NCBI GenBank assembly: GCA_000320545.1
Contig: ADNK01002977.1
Span: 1-37,230, forward strand
Direction: 5' to 3'
Length of the DNA: 37,230 nucleotides
DNA from: Bigelowiella natans CCMP2755
Lineage: Eukaryota > Protista > Cercozoa
Shown: one piece after another, positions 11,545-23,672 of the stretch
How positions within the stretch are numbered: position 1 is the stretch's first letter
Layout: every line of letters begins with the position of its first letter
Notes under the pieces: model-generated
Databases searched by the model: none
What the model was told of the DNA's origin: nothing
Seen by the model: the letters and a program-made list of their open reading frames with translations, nothing else
Translations under genes and position numbers: made by a program

Positions 11545-12400
11545 ATGTGTGCATGCGTGGATGGATGCAATGCGTGATTCTTTCAGCCAAGGATTTGTGT
11601 CCTCATCTCCCGCTGATTCCAATGCCAGAGCAGAAAGGTGCACTTGGACGAACTGCAGGACACCTGGCTAGCTGAAGACTGTTTGTCCACACCCAGGCAT
11701 GCTCTAGCGCTTCTGCGTGCGTGCAGTGTCAGCTCATGATTTTGGTGCGCCTTGCAGCGCGTGGTCGCCGCTTGCCAGTGTGCATTGCCGAGCGCACGCT
11801 TTTGCACCACCCTTCGCCAACCTTTGGGACAGGCCGTTCTCGTTGCTCCAGTGCTGCTCATCGTGCGAAGTGAGCTTCACTTGTTCACCTCGTTCCACTC
11901 GAAGAACGGGCCAGTCATGTGCCAGAGTGGTTTGCATGGCACTTGCCAGCTTGGGGACTCAACGTTCCCACGTGCGTGTGATGAAAAGAACGCTTCAAAA
12001 GTTCACAGAACAGTCTAGCAGTGGCAAGTCTCGAAAAGTGAAGTGGCCAGCCGCTTGACCTTGTTGAGCTTGCAGTCACCAACACGCCACTGCCAAGCTG
12101 TGTCAAGCTCCACGGCAGCAATTGCCTGTGCGTGGTGATCGATGCATTCATGCATGATTCTTCTCCACGTTCGTCGTGCGACGCGAACAAACGTGCGAGC
12201 TCAGAACTCCAACAATTTCCGCTGTTGACCATGTGATTTGTTGAGGACGGCAGTGTTGCTGCGACACAGAATTAGGGTTGTCGCATGGCAGAGAACACCT
12301 CATTCACAAGAAGGAATGGACCTCACTGGAAAATGATGAAGCCTCACATTTCTGATTGTCAACATCACTGTGATACGTTTGTGGCACGTTTCTGTTTGAC
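11454..12400. other. TpA-depleted intergenic block 2
   Basis: 11454-12272 has only four TA (11483, 11669, 11705, 12016), all within CTAG. Confidence 0.9.
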
Positions 12401-12604
12401 ACTTTGTTAACGAACTGTGCCGATAGGGGGTAGTAAATCTTTCATTCCCACCTTCTTCCATGCATTCTCCAGCCTATTCCCTGTAAAACTACTTCCATTG
12501 CTTCCATTCCACAACATGAAATCCTCATCTTGCTGCTTGAGGACCCAAACTAATGATGTCACAAATGGTTCATTAGACTTCGACAGAAAATTCGTCCTAG
12601 TCAT
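11664..12604 (-). pseudogene. Possible relic of a spliced gene degraded by TA->TG/CA changes
   Basis: Phase-consistent exon chain 12258-12197, 12125-12060, 11967-11889, 11853-11751, 11703-11664. It needs damaged splice sites. ORF 12407..12604 may be an upstream exon. No family recognised. Confidence 0.35.
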
Positions 12605-12725
12605 TCTAGTAAAATAGTTAATATGCTTTTTGATGTAATATAAGAAAGGGAAAAATTCTTTTACAGATAACCCCTAAATTTACATACATTCTTAAGTAAT
12701 GATTAGCCATTCTTCAAAGACAGCA

Positions 12726-14289
12726 ATGACCAAGACAGTCAGCGATTTGGAACCTGAACCTGTATGTTTCAAAAAGTTTTCACAGTGTAGTAACAACCCG
12801 ACTTGGGAGTTATCCAGAAATACTAGACTCAATTCTTATTAGTAAAAGCTGTTTCTGGTAGGAATGGAGAAGAAGAAACGGCTGGCATGCTCCAAATACA
12901 AGACAACAGATTATAGCTATCACTTTCATATTTGGAAATGCTGGTCTATTTTATGGTTTGGTGTTCCCTTTTAGACCTGAATCGATGTACAATATCTATT
13001 TGATCCCGTACACTATTCTGGTAACTTTTTTGCTCAATTGCAAACTTCGGTTCCGTGTTTTTCCGATTTCCGATCCTCATTAAGACATTTTTTATCTTTT
13101 TTACTTGTAGACTGGGATTTGCCTCTCACTATTCATTCACGTCGAAACAGTGGACCCCATCCGTAAATGGGAAACACAGGAAGAAAATAATTGTACAGCA
13201 ACCCCAACACGGTCTATGGTTTTAATATGATTTAAAGTCCTCCATTTTAACTGTTATAAATATCTTCGCTAGAATATGTCAGTATTGCAACCTGCCAAGA
13301 TCAATGAAAATTACAACAAAGCACTGTCACATCTGGTAATTATTCAAAATGGTACATCTTGTATTTGAATCAAGTTTTTGGTTATCAGCAACAAATGCGT
13401 ATCGCATTTCGATCACCACTGCCTATGGTTAAATACATGCATTGGGGCGAAGAACTATTGGCAATTCTTCTCTATGTTGTGTTGCATCGTGGCAATGCAA
13501 ATTCTTCACATTGTACTTGCATGCATAATTTATGCGAACGACAATACTGTTGGCATTGCAAATCGTCTTGTTGGAAACTTTGAAGCTTACGCAGGTGCTC
13601 AAGACATAATTGTAACTATTTTCTTCCTGAAGTTCGATATGTTAGCTATTCTCGGAATTTCTCTACTTGCTCCCGCCGTAGCGTTTGGGGCAGTTGGTTC
13701 CCTTCTTTCATTTCATATCTATATTAAACTAAAGGGAACAACAACGTAAGTGCACTTGGCATGTTTGTGCAGATTTGTCAAAAACAAATGCGTAACAACG
13801 CGTTTTTCTTAGTTATCTTTTCCTGAAAGGGAAAGATGTAATACAGGCTGAGTTTGACGCTGAAACACGAATAAAAAGATCGAAGGTAGCATGGAAGTTG
13901 CTATTTTAGTTGTAAAATGCACATTAATCATGGACCCTTTTAGTCACATGAACAAAAGATAGAGGAGCGTCGTGAAAGGGAGAGGCAACGGTGGTTAGAA
14001 GAACGGTAATAAATTAGATTAATTGTAATAATGTGGATCAATAAAGATGAATGTGTATCATCTTAGCGATAAGAGACGGAAACAAAAAGCTCTACAAGCT
14101 AACAATAATACAATACAGTTATCAAGTTTGGATCATTTTGAGAAAAAAGAGGGACCTAGTGGTGTCCGCACCATCGGTCCTTCTGATTTTCAGGATCATC
14201 ACAAATCTTCGTCCAGAGAGGTCGAATTCAGTGGGAAAGAAACTGGAGTATTTGCGGTACACCAAACTTCCTTCGATGATTCATCCTGA
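12726..14289 (+). CDS. DHHC-type protein S-palmitoyltransferase (ZDHHC1/11-like N-terminal motif); about 8 exons
   Basis: ATG at 12726; RRNGWHAP..QIIA; CQYC..TKHCHIC|NKCVSHFDHHCLWLNTCIGAKNY; transmembrane helices; SFHIYIKLKGTTT|YLFL; stop at 14289. Confidence 0.93.
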
Positions 14290-14559
14290 TTTTAATTGTA
14301 CTATATTTCCTTCCACTATGCCAAGCGTGCTGTTATGGTCAATCTTGGAACTGCGAACGTTGACACAGTGTCTGAAGGAATTAAAATTCCAGTTGCTGAT
14401 GCGGATCATGTGTAAATATAAGGCTATCACTGGTACCTAATTGTAACGTTGTGTGTCGACTATAAATCACATGTGTTGATGTTTGCGTTTAAAATTATAT
14501 GTTGAACATAGACTTAACAAAAATGAAGAACTATGCCAGCGTATTTTCCAAGCAGCATC

Positions 14560-15560
14560 ATTCTACGAGATGTCACATGCAGTACGACCAGACTCGCCAC
14601 AAGACATGTGACTACTGTGGGAGGTCAGGACTAGGGGAGTGCAAGATGCCTGAGCCATGCGCAAGGCTGGCAGAATCTGAGGTGCTCTAGTGCTAGGACT
14701 ATAGACACAGTGTGTAAGACAGATGTAATTAATCAATGAAATTTGCTCAATAGTCATCCTTGTGTAGCTGTGCAATGCAGCGGCTACAGCGCTAACATTA
14801 AATCTGTTGGTTTCAGCCATGATGTGTTTCATGCAACTGAATGCAGTGCACATTGCATGCATCATGATTATAGACACAGTAATGGCACATGCAACATGCA
14901 TATTACATGTCTATTATCATGGACATCGGTGTAGAGCTACCCGACCGCACAAAATTTTAGTGGTCTTTGATGGCACTCTCGTTTCACTAGTTTAGTCGAG
15001 CAAACACCTCAAGACGCATCCTCTAGTGCTGGCTAGCTGGCGCACAGAGCAGCACAAGAGACATTGCATGCTGCTAACAGCTACTGTGCTGTCACTGACG
15101 CCTTTGTCTTGCACATCCAAACATGCATGCATTGCTAGATTGGCTGCAGCTGACATCTCTATAGATCTGCACATGTCTAGATGTAGCAGTAATGCAAGAC
15201 TAACAAACGTCTCATTGCTCTAATTCGGGTAACATAGCTGTATATCGCACGCATTTCAGCACTGCATTTAATGATCACTAAATGCGAAGTGCAGCACTTT
15301 GTATTGTAGTGACCGAGAATGACAAGGCAAATTTTACTTCATGTGATTCAAAACGATCGAATGCAACATAATTGGACAGCACATTCAACTAGTTTGCAAC
15401 AGATGGGCAAAATCGAATGTTTCACATGCATGATTGCTAGCTCTGAGCTAACTTGACTACGCTGCCTCATAATGAAATTTTCTGATGAAAAAACTCATTG
15501 CACTCTCACTTTGTGCTTGTTGCATCATTTAAAAAACGAACATGACTACTTGACTACACC
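14560..15560. other. Partially TpA-depleted, TG/CA-rich intergenic block 3
   Basis: Dense tgca, catg and ctag words. Many remaining TA are in CTA or TAG context. Confidence 0.7.
14705..14841 (+). repeat. Dispersed repeat, inverted copy of 22946-23082
   Basis: tgtagctgtgcaatgcagcggctacagcgctaa is identical in the reverse complement of the other copy, and the flanks align. Confidence 0.9.
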
Positions 15561-15568
15561 CAAAGGTC

Positions 15569-16137
15569 TCATTCTTGATTTTTTTCAGCTTCATCAATCA
15601 TCTCATGCAGAGTGCCAGCACTCAGCAACTTCCTTAGTCCCATCCAATCCTACCGAAAATTAGTTGACAAAAACGATTGAATATGAAGAAAATTGAAAAG
15701 AAAAGTATCAGCAAGGGCGTCGATTGATATTCTTTTGTATTGCAAAGATGAAATCGATTGAAGCTAAAATCCTAACTGTTGACTAACTAATAAGTGGATT
15801 TACTTCGGGGCCATCTCCGAAGCCGCCTACAAATTTGCCACCGATCCAAATCGAAGGTACAGAGCTCTGATGTATTGTTTGAAATCAGCCCCATAGATAG
15901 TTGTGCTGGTGGTGATAATGATTTTGGCACCAGTAGATTTTCGACGACTACCTGCCCAGTAATCTCCTTGAGAGCCATTCTTTCATCACTTTTGATGTTG
16001 AGAGAAACGTATTGTATTCCCTCAGCGTCCATGGTCTCCTTTGCAGCCTGCAGTGAATGAATTAACAATATTTTTGTGGTTCTTATGGGATATTCTCATG
16101 CGAGCCTAAACTAGCATATCTGTACACACGCGTATAA

Positions 16138-16212
<75 letters not shown>

Positions 16213-16639
16213 ATATTCTTATGCGCTCATGTGTGTTCATGGGCGCGAGAGTGGCTATGTTTTTATTGGACAAAGTTCTGAGAATAATTACTTGACAGAA
16301 AGGACACGTTGGGCTGGAAAAGATAACAACGGGTGTAGATTTTACAACTTGAAGAAGTTTTTCAGCTGTGGAATAATCATTTGATGAAATTAGCTCAAAA
16401 TGCATATCGAACAATATTTCCTGCATTCATTCTTAAACCAGGGAAAATAGCTATCACCGATAGGATTTTCGGTCGTAAGTGTTGAGCTTCCAGCATCCGC
16501 AGAGGCAAGCTTGACACTAATTACAATATATTAGCACTAAGAAGTGGATATGACATCTTAAATAATTACACAGGAGAAGGCAGTATCAATTGATCTATTC
16601 GTCTCTGGTTTCACTCCAATCCCCCTCCACCCCCCCCCC

Positions 16640-16681
<42 letters not shown>

Positions 16682-17093
16682 GTGTGTGTGTGTGTGTGTG
16701 TGTGCGTGTATCGTCGTTTCGAAGAGCATAGTACGATCAAAACAAGTTGCTAATAACCACCAGATATCGAAAATTGTTTCAAGGGATAATTTGTGAGCTA
16801 CAAGTTCATGCAGAAACCTTGAGCGAGGCCTTCCGGCGGCCGTTGTCGCAGCAGCTGCTGCAAAAATGGTAGTATCCTTTGCTGGCGTGCAGATCAATCT
16901 CGAAGTCACCGCATTCTGTATGATTTAGGAGAAATGAAATGAAAAGCCACACGTAAAGCAAGAGCACATAATGTTTTCACCAATAAGTGATACCGGCAGA
17001 AAACGCCCGATAATTCTTTGAAACATCTTTGCTGCGTAAACATGGCGTCCTGCAAGAGTTCCTAGGAACACAAAGAATATCATAATTTAACAC

Positions 17094-17127
<34 letters not shown>

Positions 17128-17612
17128 AAGATATTGCCATACCCACTCCCAGGAATATACACGCATAAACGGGAGACACAAGTAAAAGAGACCCAACTCG
17201 GTATGACCAGGGGCCATCCTAAAATAAAGAGATTATTCATCATAATTGTCATGATCATCCTTTTAATCTATGGATCTTCTTCTTTTGACCAACCCTTAAA
17301 GAGCCTTCGAGACCGATCGTGTGTTTTAAAGCAGGCCGAACGAGCGAAACACTTGTGGTGCCAGTCACACCGAACACAACGAACAAGATTGACGCCTCTT
17401 TGGCACTCTGCATAATTAACAGATAGATTGAAGATGAATCTCTCACTTCTTGTGACGGAATGATCTAAATATGGTAGAACCTCCCTCCAGGATGGCCGAC
17501 TTCGTGTTGTCCACTCCCAAAACCTTGACGACAAGTTCTTCGAAAAATGTCTGTGCTGCCTGCTGCGAATGGGCTGTAGAGGGAGGCGAAGTGCGGAGAG
17601 TCTTGAAATCAT
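15569..17612 (-). CDS. Fusion protein: mitochondrial-type presequence, DUF6787-like membrane domain and dithiol (CPFC) glutaredoxin; about 10 exons
   Basis: MISRLSALRLPLQPIRSR..SWRE|SAKEASILFVVFGVTGTTSVSLVRP..GSLR|DGPWSYRVGSLLLVSPVY..G|TLAGRH..GRFLP|NAVTSRLICTPAK..|..PVVIFSSPTCPFCQ|..LKEITGQ|SSVPSIWIGGKFVGGFGDGPE|DWMGLRKLLSAGTLHEMI..; TGA at 15569. The glutaredoxin part is secure; the fusion depends on two inferred introns. Confidence 0.75.
16140..16206. repeat. Compound (CA)n(TA)n microsatellite in an intron
   Basis: Seen directly. Confidence 0.95.
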
Positions 17613-18118
17613 CGTGTTGAAGAACCTGATGGGCGGCGTGTGCTCGGTGAAGCTTGCTTGATGCCTCGTGTTTCCTATTGTTGTTGTTACTGTTGCGTTG
17701 TCGAGATCAATGACAAATAGATGTTTCCCGCTGTTAAAAATTGAAATCCCAGCGATGATTAGCTAGTCAACATTTCGTCACATTTAGTAGGATGTTTCTG
17801 GATGCCGATGGCGATGACTTTAGTGAGGATGGTTGTGATGGTGATGGTGATGATTCTGTTGATAATAATATGATAATGAATAATTAGACATATTTTCCAA
17901 GATGTTTTCTTGTATTCATAATAATGTTTCCTACAAAGGTTGTAATTGTTGCGACGATGGTTGTCAACGATGATGATGATCCCAATCACAATTCTCACTG
18001 ATCAACTGTGGCTCCCTCCCCCTTCTTCCCTCGTAAAAAGCGCAACTCTCCGCTACGTTACTACGGGATAGAGTGAAATCGGGTCGACTGAAAGTTCGTG
18101 TCCCCTCGACAGTAAAAA

Positions 18119-18162
<44 letters not shown>

Positions 18163-18178
18163 GGAGATTGAATTGGAC

Positions 18179-18772
18179 ATGGAATCGAAGCAAGGAACAA
18201 ATTGGGATCACAACGGTGATATAAACCCTTCTCTCCTAGAGGAATCGGAGATTGACGATGACACTAAGAAGAAGGAGGACAAGAACCACTCAGAAATTGA
18301 GGTTCTACCTCTTGATCTCTCTCATGACAGGAAGGGAAAGCAGCAGAGTACGAGGCAAAACGTAACATCTCCTAAAGGTGATAGAGTAACCATAGTTGAT
18401 GAGGCAGACAGAAGCTCCTGTTTCAAACTTGTTTATCTTCTGCTACCACTAAAGTTCCTTCTACTTTTCCCCTCATAGTCGGTGGGAAAGGTGCTCGTAG
18501 TGGTGGTGAAAGAGGAGGAGGAGGAGGAGGAGGAGGAAGAAGAAAGCGAATTGCCCTAATTCGCAGCGTAATGAAAGTTGCTGGATTGTCGGCAATTTTT
18601 ATTGGCATAATTGGTCTCTCTGCAGTGTCCATTGCTACTGATGGAATAGAGCATGGTGACGATGGCCATCACAGCAATAATACAGCTATGATGGAAAATT
18701 TCAATGAGGTAGGTAATGTGAGAATGAACTGCATTGAGGATAACATACACTCACTCTCTCTCTTCAACATAC

Positions 18773-18838
<66 letters not shown>

Positions 18839-18840
18839 GT

Positions 18841-18886
<46 letters not shown>

Positions 18887-21800
18887 TACCCTCGAGGCTA
18901 CTTTCAATGAGCATAAATCTCATCAAATAGTAGTAGTCCCTAGTATCCTCTTGATCATATAATCCAAACGGTGGTGCTGTTGCTATAACACAACTGCACA
19001 GGGTTTCTCCCTCGCATTCCTAGCTGGTCTGTCTCTAGTGGTTTTCGCTCTGCATCCAATGAAATGTGTAGTGGGAGTAGTTCTTTGGGTAATATGGCTC
19101 TTTCAAGCTCTACTTCGAGAAGGGACCGATGTATGGCAAGACGTAACTGAGCGCTTTTTAGCTGCTAGTCTCTCAACCAAAATCTTCATTAGACACGGGT
19201 GGGTTATAACAATAGAAGATGAGACTTGCTAGAAGCAGCTCCAGTAGTTGCGTCAGCAGCAGCAGCAGTAGTAGTAGTAGTAGTAGTAGTAATAGCGGTG
19301 GTAGTGGTTCCTGTTGGATCATTGGTCTATCTTTGGTGTTATTCCTATATGTAGTAATGCATGAGTAAGTGGTAGTACAGTATTCGTCTTTGAGCATCAT
19401 TGCCCATAATCATTCTATTTGCTCACACTCCGAACCATCACTTGGAAGAAGAAAAAGACAACAAGGAGGGAGGGCTGCTATTACCCACGCCACACACATC
19501 GTCATTTCGTTTTCGAATGCGTTTTTATTAGAGAAATTAGCATCTTCTACCCCTGAAGATGAAATCGCATTCATTCACTCATGATGATGGCATTTGTTCG
19601 TAATGGTGCTATTGAACATTTATTGACTGGTGACCATGATAATGGTGATTATTAGGATCGGAATGCTAGCAGCTTGGGGTCGGTTGCTAGCACCATTTCT
19701 AACCGACATCTTAATTCTACTGCAAGAGCTCATTAGCCGCTTCTCCTGGGAGCAAAGACTTATAGGTGCCTTTACGCTTCTTGTTCTGTACGGCGTATAT
19801 CGTACATACCAAGCAGTGAAGGCACGGAAAGATGCTATTCTGGTACTGTCAAAGGGGGGAGGAAGGAAGGAAGAAGGGGGGAGACGAGTGTAGAGAGAGG
19901 GGGGGGGAGGGGAAAGTAACACAGGAAGAAGGAAGATATCAAATTTGACCAAAATCGGATCGAAATCACAGGGGAGGAGGAGAGTGGTGGGGGGGGTACA
20001 CGATTAGTGGGTGGTGTATGTACATCCAACATCGTAAAAAAGAATTTGATAAATATCATCGAACATGATGATGAGAGAATTCATTTAATATCATGGAACA
20101 TGGGGCATTATCACCACTATATCATCATCATCATCATCAACAACAACAACAACATTTCCTTCCTCCTCCTCCCCCTGTCATCGTGTCCTGATATCTCACA
20201 TTATTGAGGCATCATGTTGCTAATCAGCCCATCCTAGCACATAATAATAGCATATATTTTGTAATTCTCACAAAAGTTATAGTAATAATCATCATCATTA
20301 TCATCATAAAATTATTATTATTATTGTTATCATAATTATTATGGTATAATAGGTGGCTCTCTTCCAAGGCTCATATCTTCTTATCGGCCCTTTGGTATGG
20401 TTTGCTTTCCGACGTGCTATCCCTGCTAGGTGCTATCAACCATAAAATATTCGGATATGTGCGTATGTATGTATGTATGCATGCATGCATGTGTGATTAT
20501 ACGTACTAGCTATCTCCACACACTCTTTCATCGTCTGCATCCATTAGCATTTTCTGTTTGAGATTATTTGAGACATTCAAAATGCTATGACTACCACTGA
20601 TACTACCCCCCCTCCTCCTCCTCCTCCTCCTTCCTATGACGATGTTGATAGGTTTGCTGAAGGGGTACTTTTGGTGATTACAACGGTCGCGCCAACGTTC
20701 TTAAGCCTGCACGCTTTTCGCTATAGTTTTATTGCGAACGGAGGAGGAGGAGGGGAAGGCCAGAAGAGATGGAAAAAGAGCGTATGGGATCAATGGAAAA
20801 CTTGTGATTTATGGCTCAGGTACTATGTGGTTGTAGTTGCTGTTTGTTGTCGTGAATTTGATTTTAGCCTCTATCATTTCTTTTGTATTTTCTACACTAC
20901 CCCTACCATAGTACATTGGTTGCTCCAATCTTCTCTCCACTACCTACCATCGTCAATTAGTTGTTTCAATTTCTGATAAATATCCACGCAAAGTGGTGGT
21001 GATGGTGGTGCTACTACAAAAATGATCGATAGATGTTGAAACCACACAAAGAACAACTTCTTATTAATCACCTCAGCATGATTATTAGCAGTATCTTGAT
21101 CATTATCACTAACTATTCCATTTCCTCCCCCTCCTCCTACTTCTTCCACCTACTACTACCAATCAGCTATTGGTCGTGTTGGCCGCTAGTAATAGGACTC
21201 ACAAGCCTATGTACAAACTACATCACTACTGCATATGCTGCTCAGCTGTACAAAGAAGGCAGCAGGGCAACAACGGCTACCACCGCTGCTAGTGCTGGCG
21301 CTGCTGGTGGTGGTGGTGGTGGAAGTACTGTTATCCGTACTCAGATGTTCGCATCTTTGGCTACGCTATGTATCTGGCTACAATTCTGGTATGGAAGTAA
21401 AGCTTTCTTTTCGTTGGCAAGTAAGCTTGCGGCACAGGTATGTGATTGTACTTATTATGATGATGATGAAGATGGGGAGGGGGGGGAGGAGGGTGCGGGG
21501 TATTCATATGCCTTTGAGGATCAAAGAAGAAGAAGAATAAGATGTTGATCATGAATGTTAGTGAGTTATTGAGGGGCATAATACCTGCAGAAAATAGATT
21601 TGTCAAACATCTCTATCAATACGCTTAAGTTACGAGTAAAGCGTTTATATCCATGTTTTCTCGTCGTCGTCGTCTCATCCATGTCATATCTATTATTCAT
21701 TCATTATTGATCGATCATCACCAGATTGTTCCAAGTAGTCTGGGCGTGTTAACAGCTAACATGTCGTCGGTATCTCGTGTGATAAAACCTCTTCTTGGAG

Positions 21801-22521
21801 CTGGAGGTAATTTATCGCTCTCAGCGTTGCGTCAGCAATTGAGCATCATGAAGACGCTCGGATATCTCTGGGAAAATAAGCTTATATTTGGACCTATTAC
21901 CTTTTTCGTCGGAATTCTAATCTTCAGTCTAGGATTTCAAGTGTATACAATGATGACTTCAGTCTTAACCAGTCTCATTTGGGGCGGTGTTGCTTTGAGG
22001 AGTGCACGGGCTGTAGCTAATAAAGAGGCCAGTGTGTGCTCAGCAACCATTGCATTCTGGATTCTTGCACAGCTTTTAGAAGTATTATTAACCAACCAAC
22101 AAGAGTGCCAACGTCATCATCATCATCATCATCAATAGAGTTAACATCATATTCGTTTTACCTAAGGCATCTGTTTGGGTCCCTGTCGCTGGAAGCATGA
22201 TCAGCTTGTTCAAACCTGTTCTATTACCAATTTTTTTGGCGATTGGGGACGAGGTACATTATATTATGTTGTAATTAGAAGGTACGATTGAGATTGATGT
22301 CGATACGTGTTCATTTCTTAGGTGCTTAAAATTGCACTCACGTTGTTGGGTGAAAACTACAATTATTTTGCTGGAACTTGCGCCGCGGTGTCGGTAGCTT
22401 ACATCTTAAATGTAGATTAGGAATTGACGCAATTATCGCTCGCATCGCAACGAAAATGTCGAACATTTTATTCCCGGCTCGGTGTATCGCTGCTACATAT
22501 ATTAGTGTGAAATGGTGTTGA
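18179..22521 (+). CDS. Multipass membrane protein with two degenerate TB2/DP1/HVA22 (REEP/Yop1)-like segments; 3' end uncertain
   Basis: Hydrophobic exons flanked by GT-AG. Segment 1: VAPTFLSLHAF..DLWLSYWSCWP..LCIWLQFWYGS. Segment 2: GVALRSARAV..IAFWILAQLLE..VWVP..FKPVLL. The family call rests on motif resemblance only. Confidence 0.65.
18774..18885. repeat. Compound (TA)n(TG)n microsatellite in an intron
   Basis: Perfect TA run 18774-18836 followed by a TG run. Confidence 0.95.
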
Positions 22522-22679
22522 GAATTTATTTGATGTAGATGCATGTACACATGAGATTAAGTGCCATAATATATCGATAAAGCACACTAAAAGAAACTTT
22601 GTAAAGCACATCATAGTATGATGATGTGAACTACAGCTTGTTCGGTCTTTGTCACCGATTAGCTTATTAGCTTCCGCCT

Positions 22680-23416
22680 GCGTGCTGCATGGCAGTTGCT
22701 TAATTCGTTCGTTTGGCAATGGATGATGAGCAATGTGTACAAAATCAATTTGCATGCTCAACATGTTATTAGCATTATCAATGCACAGGGCTACGCTGGC
22801 AACAATAGACACAGTAATGTGACACACATTAGGATGACCATTGAAACAATTTGAACATTTCATTACATCCGTCTCACACATCATGCAATAATAGACACAG
22901 CAATACACAATATATATAATATATATTATATACATAGAGGACGCTTTCAATTGCATGAAGCACGTGGTGGCAGAAACCAACAGATGTAACATTAGCGCTG
23001 TAGCCGCTGCATTGCACAGCTACATCAGGATGACCATTGAAAAAATTTAATTCTTCATTACATCCGTCTCATACATAGTGTATTGCATGTCTATCATTGC
23101 ACACATTACATTGCGCATGTCCATCATGGCAAGGTAGCGATTCGTGTCATTGTATATATGTAGCATGGAATGTGCGAACACTCATGGGCGGGCCGCACAC
23201 GTGCAGTGCATCAGCTGCTTGTTGTGCCATCGCAGCACTCTGCCTGCTCAACCGGTACGTACAACAGAGAAATGATAGTCCATTATAGAAGTAAGATAAT
23301 CGAAACAAAACAATCCGATCGTATCGACGTCGGTAAACATTTCTGAACTTGCGCTCGCTGTAGAGTGTGCATCTGTCTCTAGATCTAGACACATTGATTA
23401 ACACATTGCATCCAGT

Positions 23417-23440
<24 letters not shown>
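22680..23440. other. Partially TpA-depleted, repeat-containing intergenic block 4
   Basis: TG/CA-rich. Contains a direct repeat (about 22823-22882 and 23021-23078) and the inverted copy of 14705-14841. Confidence 0.6.
22946..23082 (-). repeat. Dispersed repeat, inverted copy of 14705-14841; partial direct copy at about 22823-22882
   Basis: aggatgaccattgaaa..ttcattacatccgtctca occurs twice locally, and its reverse complement aligns to about 14715-14760. Confidence 0.9.
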
Positions 23441-23473
<33 letters not shown>

Positions 23474-23672
23474 GACAACAACAAATAAACAGATGACATG
23501 TGTACATCAACTCGATTTGACCGAGATTTTCCGAGAAGGAAGCTCAAATACAGAGTACATTGGGGAGCCTCTCTTGTCTCTTACTGTTGGAATATAAAGC
23601 GCGCATACAAATGGCTTCGATTTTTTATTGCACAATCTCTAAAGGCTATAGCATTTCTTCAAAGCTTAGATA

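Noticed and set aside
11583-12232. Unspliced ORFs or a transposase in block 2
   Set aside because: No RT, integrase or DDE motifs recognised. The open frames follow from TA loss.
12271-12279. Isolated TTAGGG/CCCTAA words (also about 657-668 and 8539)
   Set aside because: Single copies, expected by chance; not a telomeric array.
14705-23082. Inverted repeats as the ends of an 8-kb DNA transposon
   Set aside because: The enclosed genes are ordinary cellular genes, there is no transposase or clear target-site duplication, and a third partial copy suggests a dispersed family.
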